From: Longimicrobiales bacterium
Lineage (GTDB): Bacteria; Gemmatimonadota; Gemmatimonadetes; Longimicrobiales; Gaopeijiaceae
NCBI GenBank assembly: GCA_965204735.1
Contig: OZ242008.1
Coordinates: forward strand, 2,272,001-2,336,000
Reading direction: 5' to 3'
DNA length: 64,000 nt
In this document: positions 24,001 to 27,363 of the stretch, one piece after another
Numbering within the stretch: the stretch's first letter is position 1
Layout: each line of letters opens with the position of its first letter
Position numbers and translations under genes: made by a program
Notes under the pieces: generated by a model
Seen by the model: the letters and a program-made list of their open reading frames with translations, nothing else
What the model was told of the DNA's origin: nothing
The model's database searches: none

Positions 24001-26982
24001 GGTCCCGTTCACCTTGTGGGCGGGCACGTTGGAGAACGCGTGGCTTCCCAGCCCCAGCGTCGCGGCGGCGCCCGTCCCGCTCCGGATGCTTCCGCCGTTC
24101 AGCTCCAGCGCGTTCGCGCCCACGCTGATCCCGTCCGCGTCCAAGTCCGTCGCGAGCGTCTCGTAGCTGAACGTCAACGCGCTCGTTCCGTTCCCGCTCG
24201 CGTAGGCCGCGTGACGGGTGGCGCTCCCGATCGTCAGGGCCAGCCGGGGCGTGCCCGTGACCGTCACGGCGAACCCGAACGACACCCGCACCGAGATCGT
24301 CTCGGCCGCTGCGTAGGTGTCCCCGCTGTCCGGCCTGCTCGTGACGAGAACGTTGGTCACCGCAGGCATCGTCCTGCTCCCGTCCACCTTGTGGCCCGAG
24401 GCACTGCTGATCGCGTGCGTGCCCAGGCCTAGCGTGGCGTTCTGGGCCGACTCGCTGACGATCGACCCGCCGTTGAGCGTCAGCGCGCCGGACCCGACGC
24501 TGATTCCGTCGCGGTCCCGGTCCGTCGCGCGCGCAACGTAGCTGAACGTCAGCGTGCCGGTCCCGGTTCCGCTGGCGTACTCGGCGTGCCGGGTCCTCTC
24601 GCCAATTCCCAGCGCCACGCGGGGCGTGCCCGTCACGCTCACCGGCGTGGTGAAGCCGATCTGCACCGAGATCGTGTCGCCCGCTCCGTAGGTGTCGCCG
24701 CTGGCCGGCGCGCTCGCAATCGACGCCGCGCGCACCGCGGGAACCGTCGCCGTGCTGCCGTTCACCTTGTGGCCCGAGGCGTTGGTGACCGCGTGAGCGC
24801 CCAGCGCCAAGGTGGCGTTCGCCCCGGCCGCGCTCCGGATCGTGCCGGAGTTGAGCGCCATGGCGAACACCGAGACGCCGTCCGCGTCCCTGTCCGCCGA
24901 CCGCACGACGTAGCGGAAGGCCAGCTTCTTGCTGCCGCTCCCGCTCTGATATGCGGCCGTCTTGGCCAGCGAACCGACCGTCAAGGAGACGGTGGGGCTC
25001 CCGGTGACCGTCACCGGCGCCGTGAACCCGACTTCCACGCGAACCGCCTCGCCGGCGCCGTAGGTGTCTCCGCTCGCCGGCGCGCCGACGACCGCCACCG
25101 AACTCACGGTGGGCGTGGTGGCGGTCGTCCCGACCACCCGGTGGCCCGACGCATTGGATATGGCGTGGCTTCCCAGATCCAGGTTCGCGGCGGCGCCGGC
25201 CGTGCTCCGAATCGTCCCGCCGTTCAGTTGCAGGGCGGTCGTCCTGATGCTGATCCCGTCGGGGTCGAGATCGCGGCTGGTCACCACGTACCCGAAGTGC
25301 AGCGACTGGCCCGACGTTCTGCGCAACGTCGCGAACGCAGGCCCGCCGCCGAAAGCGATCTGCAACCGGGGACTGCCGACGACCCGGATCGGAACCGCGG
25401 CAGCGAACTCGACCTCCACCTCGATCAGCTCGCCGCCCCCGTACACTTGGGCGCTCAACGAAGGAGTGCTGGTGATGCGCACGCCGCTCACGCTCGGCGC
25501 GGTTGCCGAGGCGCCGTTCACCTTGTGGCTCGCATTGGCCGAGAAGGCGGCGGCCCCCAGGCCGAGCCCGGCGTTCCGCGTTCCGCCGACCTCCTTGATC
25601 GTCCCGCCGTTGAGCGCGAGCGCGTTGGCGGCGACGCCGATCCCGTCCAAGTCCGAATCCCCCGCCTGCACGACGTACCGAAACCCGATGCTGTTCGACC
25701 CGACGCTCTCGTAGGCGGCGTGGCGCACGGCGCTGCCGACCGTCAGCGCCAGCCGAGGCGCGCCGGTCAACGCGATCGGCGCGCTGAACTGCACTTCCAG
25801 TTGGACAACCTCGCCGGCGCCGTAGGTGTCGCCCGCAAGAGGCGTGCCGACGAAGCGCACTGCCGACACCAGCGGAAGTGTGGTCGGCGTCGCCTTGGCT
25901 TCGCTCGTCGAGCCGGCCCCGGCGCCGTTCCTGGCCCGGAGCTGAAACTTGTACTTGCTTTCATTCGTCAGCGGACGGACCACGTGGCGGGTGGTGGTGG
26001 CGTCGCTGCCCGCGATCGTCGTCCAGCTCGACGGGTAGCTGGCCGTATCCAGGGCGTGGCGAACTTCGTAGCTGCCGATGGTGGAGTTCCCGGGGTCGGT
26101 CCACGTCAGCGTCGCTTGGCCCGGCGCCGCCGTCGCGGCTAGCCCGGCGGGGGCGGCCGGGGCGGCGAGCGCGCCGTTGACCTTGTGCCCGGCGGCGTCG
26201 ACGATGCGGTGCCGGCCGATCGTCATGGTGGGGTGGCCGCCCCAGGCGTAGAAGAGATCGGCGTCGCTCAGCGCGTTGGGACCGATGCTGATCCCGTCGC
26301 TGTCCACGTCCGCCGTTTGGACGGTGTAGCTGAACGTATGCGTGGCCTGACCACGAGCGGTGTAGTTCCATGTCGCCCGTCGGCTGGCGCCGCCGATCGT
26401 GATGTCCAGGTACGGATGGCTCAGACCAGCGTAGCGGACGCTGTTATTCCACCTGACCGCTACCACAATCGTCTCGCCGGCGGCGTACGTGTCGCCCGTC
26501 GGCGAACTCGTGATCGAAACGCCGCTGATCGGCACGTTGGCCGTACTGACTCTCGTCCTGCTCGCCCCGCCGCAGTCAGCGCCGGCGCAGGCCCTGATTT
26601 CGAATTGGTACCGCCTGGGGCTGCTCAGGCCTCCGACCGTGGCCGAAGTCGTGCTGCTGTCGCTGCTTGCGACGTCCGTCCATTGATTGGGGAGATTGGT
26701 TCTGTACAAGGCGTAGCGGTACTGGTACTTGGTGATCGCCGCGTTGCCCGGGTTGTCCCAGCCCAGATCGATCGACGAGGTGGTGGCTTGGTGGGCCCAG
26801 AACCCGGTCGGCGCCGCAGGCGCCTGAGCGGCGGCAGGGCCTGCCGGGGCGAACACCGACGCAACTCCGGCGAACGCGAGGGCCGCGACCACGCAAGACC
26901 GCTTGGCTTGATGCCAGGCTTGGCGCCAATCGGAACCCGGCAAGCCGAACAAGCGCGCGCCCGTTCCTCGAATCACTGGCAT
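1..26982 (-). CDS. Giant repetitive secreted surface protein / adhesin (at least 8994 aa, 3' end outside the window): signal peptide, six FN3 domains, about 65 Ig-like DxDxDG repeats
   Basis: I translated the minus frame with codons at plus positions 1-3, 4-6, etc. by hand at 1-60, 6121-6180, 22621-22920 and 26821-27420 and found no stop. The ORF track lists no minus ORF in this frame below 28255, and the long antisense shadow ORFs (847, 9613, 22861, 24586, 26185) all share this register. From ATG 26982 the N-terminus reads MPVIRGTGARLFGLPGSDWRQAWHQAKRSCVVAALAFAGVASVFAPAGPAAA|QAPAAPTG, which looks like a Sec signal. The start is uncertain because there are in-frame ATGs at 27147 and 27207. 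Confidence 0.9.
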   Translation of the reverse strand, partial: MPVIRGTGARLFGLPGSDWRQAWHQAKRSCVVAALAFAGVASVFAPAGPAAAQAPAAPTGFWAHQATTSSIDLGWDNPGNAAITKYQYRYALYRTNLPNQWTDVASSDSSTTSATVGGLSSPRRYQFEIRACAGADCGGASRTRVSTANVPISGVSITSSPTGDTYAAGETIVVAVRWNNSVRYAGLSHPYLDITIGGASRRATWNYTARGQATHTFSYTVQTADVDSDGISIGPNALSDADLFYAWGGHPTMTIGRHRIVDAAGHKVNGALAAPAAPAGLAATAAPGQATLTWTDPGNSTIGSYEVRHALDTASYPSSWTTIAGSDATTTRHVVRPLTNESKYKFQLRARNGAGAGSTSEAKATPTTLPLVSAVRFVGTPLAGDTYGAGEVVQLEVQFSAPIALTGAPRLALTVGSAVRHAAYESVGSNSIGFRYVVQAGDSDLDGIGVAANALALNGGTIKEVGGTRNAGLGLGAAAFSANASHKVNGASATAPSVSGVRITSTPSLSAQVYGGGELIEVEVEFAAAVPIRVVGSPRLQIAFGGGPAFATLRRTSGQSLHFGYVVTSRDLDPDGISIRTTALQLNGGTIRSTAGAAANLDLGSHAISNASGHRVVGTTATTPTVSSVAVVGAPASGDTYGAGEAVRVEVGFTAPVTVTGSPTVSLTVGSLAKTAAYQSGSGSKKLAFRYVVRSADRDADGVSVFAMALNSGTIRSAAGANATLALGAHAVTNASGHKVNGSTATVPAVRAASIASAPASGDTYGAGDTISVQIGFTTPVSVTGTPRVALGIGERTRHAEYASGTGTGTLTFSYVARATDRDRDGISVGSGALTLNGGSIVSESAQNATLGLGTHAISSASGHKVDGSRTMPAVTNVLVTSRPDSGDTYAAAETISVRVSFGFAVTVTGTPRLALTIGSATRHAAYASGNGTSALTFSYETLATDLDADGISVGANALELNGGSIRSGTGAAATLGLGSHAFSNVPAHKVNGTRTVPAVASVAIASSPASDSTYGAGETISVQVAFNLAVTVTGAPRLAVTVGSATRYAAYASGSGSKTLTFSYETVAGDRDNDGISIAAGALGLNGGTIRSAGGATAALALGTHAISNSAAHKVNGSTTAPTVASVTISSTPRGGTYTLGATISVQVGFSIAVTVTGTPRLALTIGSATRQASYASGSGTKTLTFSYTVVAADRDGNGISVGATALGLNGGTIRSATAINARLGLGGHAISDASDHAVDGRKVAAAPSGLTATPLGATQARLDWINPGNSLITGYQYRYRPSDGGAFTGWTNIPSSSATTTSGEVTVSNGGRPYRIELRATVGTAAGDAAFTTIGLFRARINRVEITSSPRTGASYRTGEEIRVRFHVIDGHDIDSDSWGPILSLQIGSSTRTSQGESGGLTMHYTYFDYRYTVVSDDHDPDGISIGPNALDFGTWDPQAFTYTRELYVYRPSFSLVSPAIGTNQIVNAPGHKVNASATPTGSVPAAPTGLTATPGNAQATLNWTDPQDTTIVGYQVRHGPAAGSYSGWTDISGSSATTTSYTVGSLTNGAAYKFQVRAANANGTGSESSEVRATPVAVTVVSGVRFANGPRTGDTYGAGEVVRVEVDFSDSVAVTGEPLLELTIGDSVKQAFGVRLPSRPSTIHFRYTVETADVDADGIGIAAGALKLNGGTIIGVNSRAALLGLGAYAYAANASHKVDGSTGTVPNVDLVRITSTPVIGDVYGAGEQIEAEVRFGALVPIRVVGAPRLALAIGDSTRQATLTRTAGQSLHFRYTVRSSDSDADGIGIAAGALTLNGGTIRSTVGTNASLNLGSHAITAAATHKVTGSSATAPAVTGAAVTSTPVSGDTYGAGEKIGASVTFRLPITVTGSPQLALTIGTQTRQATYLRTAGRTLHFEYAVQAADRDANGIGIGASALTLNGGTIRSDAGAAATLGLGSHALSDASGHKVNGAVAPNPFVSAVRIASRPVASADSYGGGERIEVEVEFAAAIAIRVSGAPQLAIGIGSQTRQAALLETTGQVLRFGYVVQRADLDANGISILAGALALNGGTIRSAAGAGAVLGLGAHAIEDAAGQKVLGSNNATPAATSVEISSSPDDGDTYGATDTISVAVGFNVPVTVTGTPQLAVTIGSGTGQASYSSGSQTKTLTFDYEVGATDVDADGIGVGGSALTLNGGTIRSATAANATLSLAGHAIANAAGHKVNGTTTAPTVSSVAAASQPAIGGSYGAGETISVQVGFDLAVTVTGTPQLALSLDADTVQAAYAGGSGTKTLTFDYTVRATDRDADGFTVERGALTLNGGTIQSAGGADAALRLNVELLSDQIDGSVTPPEVASARFDTSPASGDTYGAGELIAVRIGFQIPVTVTGSPQLALGIGAATVQASYAGGSGSKSLAFSYVVQSADVDADGVSVGPTALALNGGTIRSAAGTNARLALGRTHQITNSSGHKVDGSTATPPSVTGARVASSPASGDTYGGGERIEVAVEFSIPVVVTGVPELALTIGDSTRQASYLIGSRTETLTFGYVVRATDVDADGFSVADSALSLAGGTLQSSFGAAAALSLGSHALAGVAAGKVNGATATVPAVVSAAIFSDAGSDSTYGAGDGIAVRIGFQIPVTVTGGPQLALGIGTGTAQASYAGGSGTKTLTFRYTVRATDVDSAGISVGASALSLNGGTIRSGTGTNAALGLGANAIASAAAHKVDGATTVPAVLAVVIASDAGADSTYTAGDTISVQVGFQIPVTVTGSPQLALGVGAATAQASYAGGSGTKTLTFDYVVQAADADSTGISVGASALALNGGTIRSGAGTNAALGLGTHAIADAAAHKVDGAGSPPRVDGVAVGSPVVGDTFERGEAISVTLTFDKAVDVTGTPQLALTIGAATRQASYASGTGTTSLVFRYTVVAADADADGLSIGAGALGLNGGTIDMAGGTTDAVLGLGSLAVSNSSGHKVAGGTFTAAAASGVTITSSPASDSTYVLGEQIEVEVTFARPVAVTGTPQLALTIGAATRQADYASGTGTKTLSFAYAVAAADTDADGIGIGASALGLNGGAIADARDSTTVASLGLGANAISNSAAHKVNGARGPPGVTGLAVGSPVVGDTFERGDTIAATVTFNKAVDVTGTPQLVLTIGAATQQAGYASGTGTASLVFRYVVASGDADADGLSIGAGALGLNGGTIDVAGGTTDALLGLGAHVLSNSSGHKVAGGTFTAAAVSGVAIASSPASDSTYGLNERIEVKVAFSRRVSVTGTPQLALTIGAATRQAEYASGTGTDTLSFAYTVGVADADSDGLGIGASALTLNGGAVADARDGATAAGLGLGTNAIAAAAAHKVDGTRGPPTVTGVAVGSPVVGDTFERGDTIAVTVTFHKAVDVTGTPQLALTIGAATRQAGYASGTGTASLVFRYVVASGDADADGLSIGASALTLNGGTIDEAGGTTDAALGLGSHAVSNSSGHKVAGATFTAAAVTGVTITSRPASDSTYGAGDRIEVEVTFARSVAVTGTPQLALTIGAATRQADYVAGTGTKTLAFRYAVAATDSDSDGISIGASALTLNGGGIADARDGATAAGLGLGANAVSNSAAHKVNGSLATLAAPSGLTATPTASGAIQLRWTDPSDTTITKYQVRHRNESSSGSFTAWADVASSGASTTSHTVSSLTDQVDYRFELRAVAGSRAGRASFALARPSDIWVTGVRITSSPTADDTYGPGQTIEVTVSFSAFRPRVTGSPVLKIGVGTATRDAAYSGTGLTSARFQYTVTAADADSDGISIGPNALDFTAGWVNTRFSIASPTIGRYAIANSASHKVDGLLGTPAAPTGFSASPGNAQVTLNWTDPSDTTLTGYQFRQAIATEPFSRWTDISGSDASTTSHIVPSLSNGTEYKFQVRAQNSVGAGHASEEARATPTSAPVVTAVRFVGTPVSGDTYGAGEVVRVDVEFSAVLTVTGSPRLALTIGAAARQAAMERVRERAVRFAYTVRSGDVDADGIGVAAAALTLGGGTISGPGGASAQLSLGARAFTANAAHKVNGATATAPFVDFVQITSSPSSGDTYGGGERIDVHVRFGAAVPITVVGSPRLALTVGAQTRQATLSRASGQSLHFGYVVQAADADADGVSIGASALTLNGATIRSGAGAAAGLGLGAHAVADASGHKVSGSTATAPAVSAVSITSAPASGDTYGAGEKITARVSFQLPIVVAGTPRLALAVGSQTRQAEFVRLSGQSMYFDYTVLSSDADADGISIAANALSLNGGTILSTIGTAAALGLGAHAVANASGHKVSGSTATTPEATSVSVTSAPVSGDTYGAGERIEVKVGFNLEVRTTGSPQLVLGVGAATRQAALLGGDGAGLTFGYVVQSADVDADGISVGASALGLNGGTIASTAGATAALGLGGHAIANASAHKVNGASATTPAVVSASVTSAPASGDTYYAGEAIAVAVGFDVPVAVTGAPQLALTIGAQTRQAAYVSGTNTKTLTFRYTVVLADSDSTGIAVGASALGLNGGTIRSGVGTNAGLGLGAHAIADAAGHKVDGTSTAPTVNAASIASTPATGDSYGAGETIAVEIGFNFPVTVTGTPRAALTIGAATRHADYASGSGNTSLRFEYVVDATDADADGISLAAGALELNGGTVRSSVGTDAALGLGSYAIADASAHKVNGAATAPAVTGATIVSDAGNDSTYAAGDAVSVEVAFQIPVTVTGTPQLALTIGTGVGQAAYAGGTGTKTLTFSYTVRATDVDGNGIAVAANALTLNGGALQSGAGTNAALSLGTFAIADAAAHKVDGTSTVPVVTGVAVASSPAGSDTYGAGETISVRVGFSIPVTVTGAPQLAVAVGSATRQVAYASGSGTTALVFDYVTLATDRDDDGISVGAGALTLNGGTIRSGSGTNATLALGSHAIANASGHKVNGAATAPLVSSMSISSAPASGDTYGGGEKITVSVVFQIPVTVTGTPQLALTVGNATRQADYASGSGTAALAFDYVVQTADSDSNGISVGPTALTLNGGTVRSAAGTNANLSLFVNAFSNSPDHKVDGSSATTPTVRAATIGSDAGADSTYFAHDAIVVEVGFSVPVTVTGAPQLVLTIGAQTRQASYASGSGTTALTFRYVVTAADSDSDGIAVGASALALNGGTIRSSVGADATLGLGANAIAAAAAHKVDGSQGPPGVTGVTVGSPVVGDAFERHDTIAVTVTFDQAVDVTGTPQLALTIGTATKQASYAGGTGTTALVFRYVVASGDVDADGLSIGAGALALNGGTIDEAGGTTDAVLGLGAHAVSNSSGHKVAGNTFTAASVSGVTISSTPPGTDSTYGLGDVIEVQVTYTRPVVVQGTHLLKLAVNIGTQTPYASYASGTGTKTLTFRYTVQASDSDSDGIGLPARALTLSGATISDARDGTTATSNGLGTHVITAAAAHKVDGSQGTAGVTALAIGSPPVGDAFERGDTIVVTVTFNKAVDVTGTPQLALGIGAATRQASYASGTGTAALVFRYVVVQADADADGLSIGAGALALNGGTIDVAGETTDALLGLGSRAVSNSSGHKVAGGTFTAASVSGVSITSSPSSDSTYGFGEQIEVQVAFNRRVSVTGTPQLALTIGAQTRQAAYASGTGTTTLTFRYAVGTADSDSDGIGIGASALALNGGAIADARDGSTAAGLGLGTNAIAAAAAHKVDSARGPPGVAGVAVASPVVGDTFERGDTIWVTVTFNKAVDVTGTPRLFLTIGTQTPTASYASGTGTTALRFRYVVAAGDADADGLSVAASALHLAGGTIDAAGDTTNASLSLGAHTLSNSSGHKVAGGTFTAAAVSGMSITSSPAADSTYGLGEQIEVQATFSRRVSVTGTPQLALTIGAQTRQAEYASGTGTTVLTFRYAVAVADADSDGIGIGASALTLNGGAIADARDGSTAAGLGLGANAVTAAAAHKVDGAQGAAGVTGVSIGDPVVGDTFERADTIAVTVTFNKAVDVTGAPQLALTIGAVTRQAAYASGTGTASLVFRYVVVQADADADGLSIGASALSLNGGTIDVAGETTDALLGLGSHAVSNSTGHKVAGGTLTGPAPSGVAIASTPSSDSTYGRTERIEVEVTFVRPVVVTGTPQLALTIGTQTRQASYASGTGTATLAFRYTVQGTDRDSTGLSVGASALALNGGTIADARDGTTAATLGLGAHAVSNAAAHKVDGSLGTPGVIGVSFADDPYNAEYERGDAIDVRVSFSRTVDVTGTPRLALGIGSQTRQAAYASGTGTNTLVFRYVVVQSDRDIDGISIGASALTLNGGTIRAAGTTMDAVLGLGSHAITNSSSHQVNGSLFTGLAVEDVVVRSVPASDSTYKLGERIELDVLFQRAVVVTGTPQLALGIGSATRQASYASGSGTKRLRFRYAVAAADVDADGISLSASALTLNGGTINDARAGGSAAGLGTSASVFSNDAAHKVNGGVGAPSVSALTIGAPVVGDVFERGDTIVATVEFNAAVAVTGTPQLALGIGSATRQAGYASGTGTASLVFRYVVVAADADADGLSVGASALALNGGTIRRTGTTTDAVLDLGAHAVTNSAGHKVAGGTFTAAAVSGVSIASVPGSDSTYVRTERIEVEVSFARPVTVTGTPQVALGIGSQTRQAAYASGSGTKTLTFRYAVQAADSDSDGISIGASALGLNGGTIVDARDGATAAGLGLGSHAIANAAAHKVDGARGPPGVSGLSIASPVVGDTFERGDTIAVTVTFTDSVDVTGTPRLALGIGSATQQASYASGTGTASLVFRYVVASGDADADGLSIGASALALNGGMIDVAGGTTDALLGLGSHAVSNSTGHKVAGGTFTAASVSGVTIASTPASDSTYAETEEIAVEVSFNRRVTVTGTPQLALAIDTLTRQAEYVDGTGTATLTFAYQVVAADADSTGLSIGASALGLNGGTIADARDGTTAASLGLGSNAVSDAAAHKVDGSLPPPPTRTTGAPEARGLAIGAPAVGDTFERGETIEVELVFHRAVDVTGAPQLALAIGAATRQAEYASGTGTDTLVFRYVVAIGDSDADGISIAASALTLNGGTIRASGEALDAVLDLGAYAIANSGGHKVAGGTFTTPAVSAVTISSAPAADSTYHLGERIEVKVAFGRPVTVTGAPQLALTIGSQTRQASWESATSKADTLVFGYAVRPADADTTGISIGSSALALNGGTINDVRAGATAASLGLGSNAIVNAAAHKVDGSLGPPGVTHLAVTAPLSAQTFERGDTIIASVRFNKAVDVTGTPQLALGIGSATRQASYASGTGATELEFRYVVVQSDADADGISIGANALTLNGGTIDVAGGTADALLSLERLAISNAAGFRVAGGTFTAPAVSWAGITSTPSDGSTYELGEQIDVTVTFNRNVTATGAPQLALTIGSQTRQAAYDSAASGSRELEFRYVVAAGDADANGISVGASALALNGGTIVDPRDGSTAANLGLGGNAIVDAAGHAVDGSRGPPGVSGASIASPPTGDTFERGDTVAATVTFNKAVDVTGTPQLALTIGTQTRQASYAGGTGTAALVFQYVVVQADADADGLSIGASALALNGGTIDVAGGTTDAVLGLGSHAVSNSTGHKVAGGTFTASSVSGVTISSSPASGDTYGLGEQIEVEASFVRPVSVTGTPQLALDVGTDTVQADYASGTGTKTLTFSYTVAASDADSDGISIGASALALNGGTIVDARDGSTAASLGLGSSAIANAASHKVDGAQGPPGVTALSVASPVVGDTFERGDTVAATVTFNKAVDVTGTPQLALTIGSATRQASYAGGTGTASLVFRYVVASGDADADGLSIGAGALSLNGGTIDVAGGTTDALLGLGASAVANSTGHKVAGGTFTAASVSGVAITSAPASDSTYGRTERIEVEVAFNRRVAVTGTPQVALTIGSQTRQAAYASGSGTTTLAFRYTVAAADADSTGIGIGASALTLNGGAIADARDGATAASLGLGTNAIANAAAHKVDGSRGPPGVTALSISAPTVGDTFERGETIEVSLLFNRAVDVTGTPRLALGIGSATRQASYAIGTGTDTLVFRYVVASGDADADGISIGASALALNGGTIRVAGGTLDATLGMGASAVVNSTGHKVAGGTFTTPAVSAVTVSSTPASASTYQLGESIEVKVAFGRPVAVTGSPQLALTIGTQTRQASYMAASSKADTLVFAYAVRPVDADADGISIGASALALNGGTIADVRPGAAAAALGLGASAVTNAAAHKVNGSLGPPGVVGLSVAAPLVGATFERGDTVAATVTFNKAVDVTGTPQLALSIGSQTRQASYASGTGTTALVFRYVVVQADADADGLSIGASALALNSGTIDVAGGTTDALLSLAHHAISNDGTRRVAGGTLTAASASGVAITSAPASDSTYGRTERIEVEVTFDRRVAVTGTPQVALTIGSQTRQADYASGTGTTTLTFGYTVAAADADANGISIGASALGLNGGTIADARDASEAAGLGLGSNAIANAAAHKVDGNQGPPGVSGLVVASPPTGDTFERGDVIAATVTFNRAVDVTGTPQLALGIGTQTRQASYASGSGTTSLVFQYTVVQADADADGLSIGTSALALNSGTIRLSGGTLDATLGLGTHAISNSTGHKVAGGTFTAASVSGVTISSAPSSGDTYGLGEEIEVEVTFVRPVSVTGTPQLALGVGTDTVQADYGSGTGTKTLAFSYTVAASDADSDGLSIGASALALNGGTIVDARDGSTAASLGLGSSAIANAASHKVDGAQGPPGVTALSIASPVVGDTFERGDTVAVTVTFNKAVDVTGTPQLALTIGAATRQASYAAGTGTASLVFRYVVASGDADADGLSIGASALALNGGTIDVAGGTTDALLGLGASAVSNNTGHKVAGGTFTAASVSGVAITSAPASDSTYGRTERIEVEVTFNRRVAVTGTPHLALTIGAQTRQAEYARGTGTATLAFRYTVAAADADSTGIGIGASALTLNSGAIADARDGATAASLGLGSNAIANAAAHKVDGSRGPPGVTGLSISAPTVGDTFERGE
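15255..16195 (-). other. FN3 - variant repeat - FN3 cassette 3 (within the giant CDS)
   Basis: The motifs are AAPSGLTATP...IQLRWTDP...ITKYQVRH...LTDQVDYRFELRA and PAAPTGFSASPGNAQVTLNWTDP...LSNGTEYKFQVRAQNSVGAG. Boundaries are approximate. Confidence 0.8.
22245..23250 (-). other. FN3 - variant repeat - FN3 cassette 2 (within the giant CDS)
   Basis: The motifs are AAPSGLTATP...ARLDWINP...ITGYQYRY...YRIELRA and PAAPTGLTATPGNAQATLNWTDP...LTNGAAYKFQVRAANANGTG. Boundaries are approximate. Confidence 0.8.
25875..26820 (-). other. FN3 - variant repeat - FN3 cassette 1 (within the giant CDS)
   Basis: FN3 hallmarks are present: PAAPTGF...IDLGWDNP...ITKYQYRY...GLSSPRRYQFEIRA and PAAPAGL...ATLTWTDP...YEVRH...LTNESKYKFQLRARNGAGAG. 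Boundaries are approximate. Confidence 0.8.
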
Positions 26983-27009
26983 CGCGACGGTTGCGGGGGA
27001 CCAAACAAA

Positions 27010-27030
27010 GGGGGGGGGGGGGGGGGGGGG
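27010..27030. repeat. G21 (C21 on the minus strand) homopolymer tract, a candidate phase-variation simple sequence repeat
   Basis: The sequence reads ccaaacaaa-G21-cggagacac, 27 nt upstream of ATG 26982 of the giant gene. Confidence 0.9.
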
Positions 27031-27363
27031 CGGAGACACTGACGAATGATACACGCCGGGCCGCCTGGCTGCTACCGTTGCCCTCGTCCCCGGGCCGCGT
27101 GCGTTGACCGGATAGTGATCTCTGCGACCGGATCGTCCTCGCGGCATCGTCCACGGGCGCGTTGACCCCGGCCCGCATGCGGCGGTGACCAGCCGGCGCG
27201 CCCACATTGCTCCACCGCACGCGTTGGCCCGGCGTCGGCCGCCGGCTACCGGCGCGTTGGCCCGAGCGGCGGCGACGCCGTACACTTGGGCCGATCGCAC
27301 ACTTGAGCCGACTCGGCCGGGCGGATGCTCGGCTCCGGCTCCCGATGCCCACGGAGCGTCGAA

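Larger units (their letters stand above)
1..26540 (-). repeat. Intragenic tandem repeat array: ~375-380 bp (~125 aa) units, alternating A/B (~759 bp) in about 1-11480 and 16200-18450
   Basis: The recurrent consensus is V.GV.I.S.P...DTY/F..GE.I.V.V.F...V.VTGTPQLALTIG..TRQA.YASG.GT..L.F.Y.V...D.D.DG.SIGASAL.LNGGTI......A.LGLG..A..N...HKV.G. Shadow ORF starts recur at 375-bp (13694/14069/14444) and 759-bp (16862/17621, 17285/18044, 6815/7574) spacing. Confidence 0.95.

Noticed and set aside
15255..26820. Diversity-generating retroelement or invertible shufflon explaining the variant units
   Set aside because: I saw no reverse transcriptase, recombinase, template/variable repeat pair with adenine-specific differences, or flanking inverted repeats in the window.
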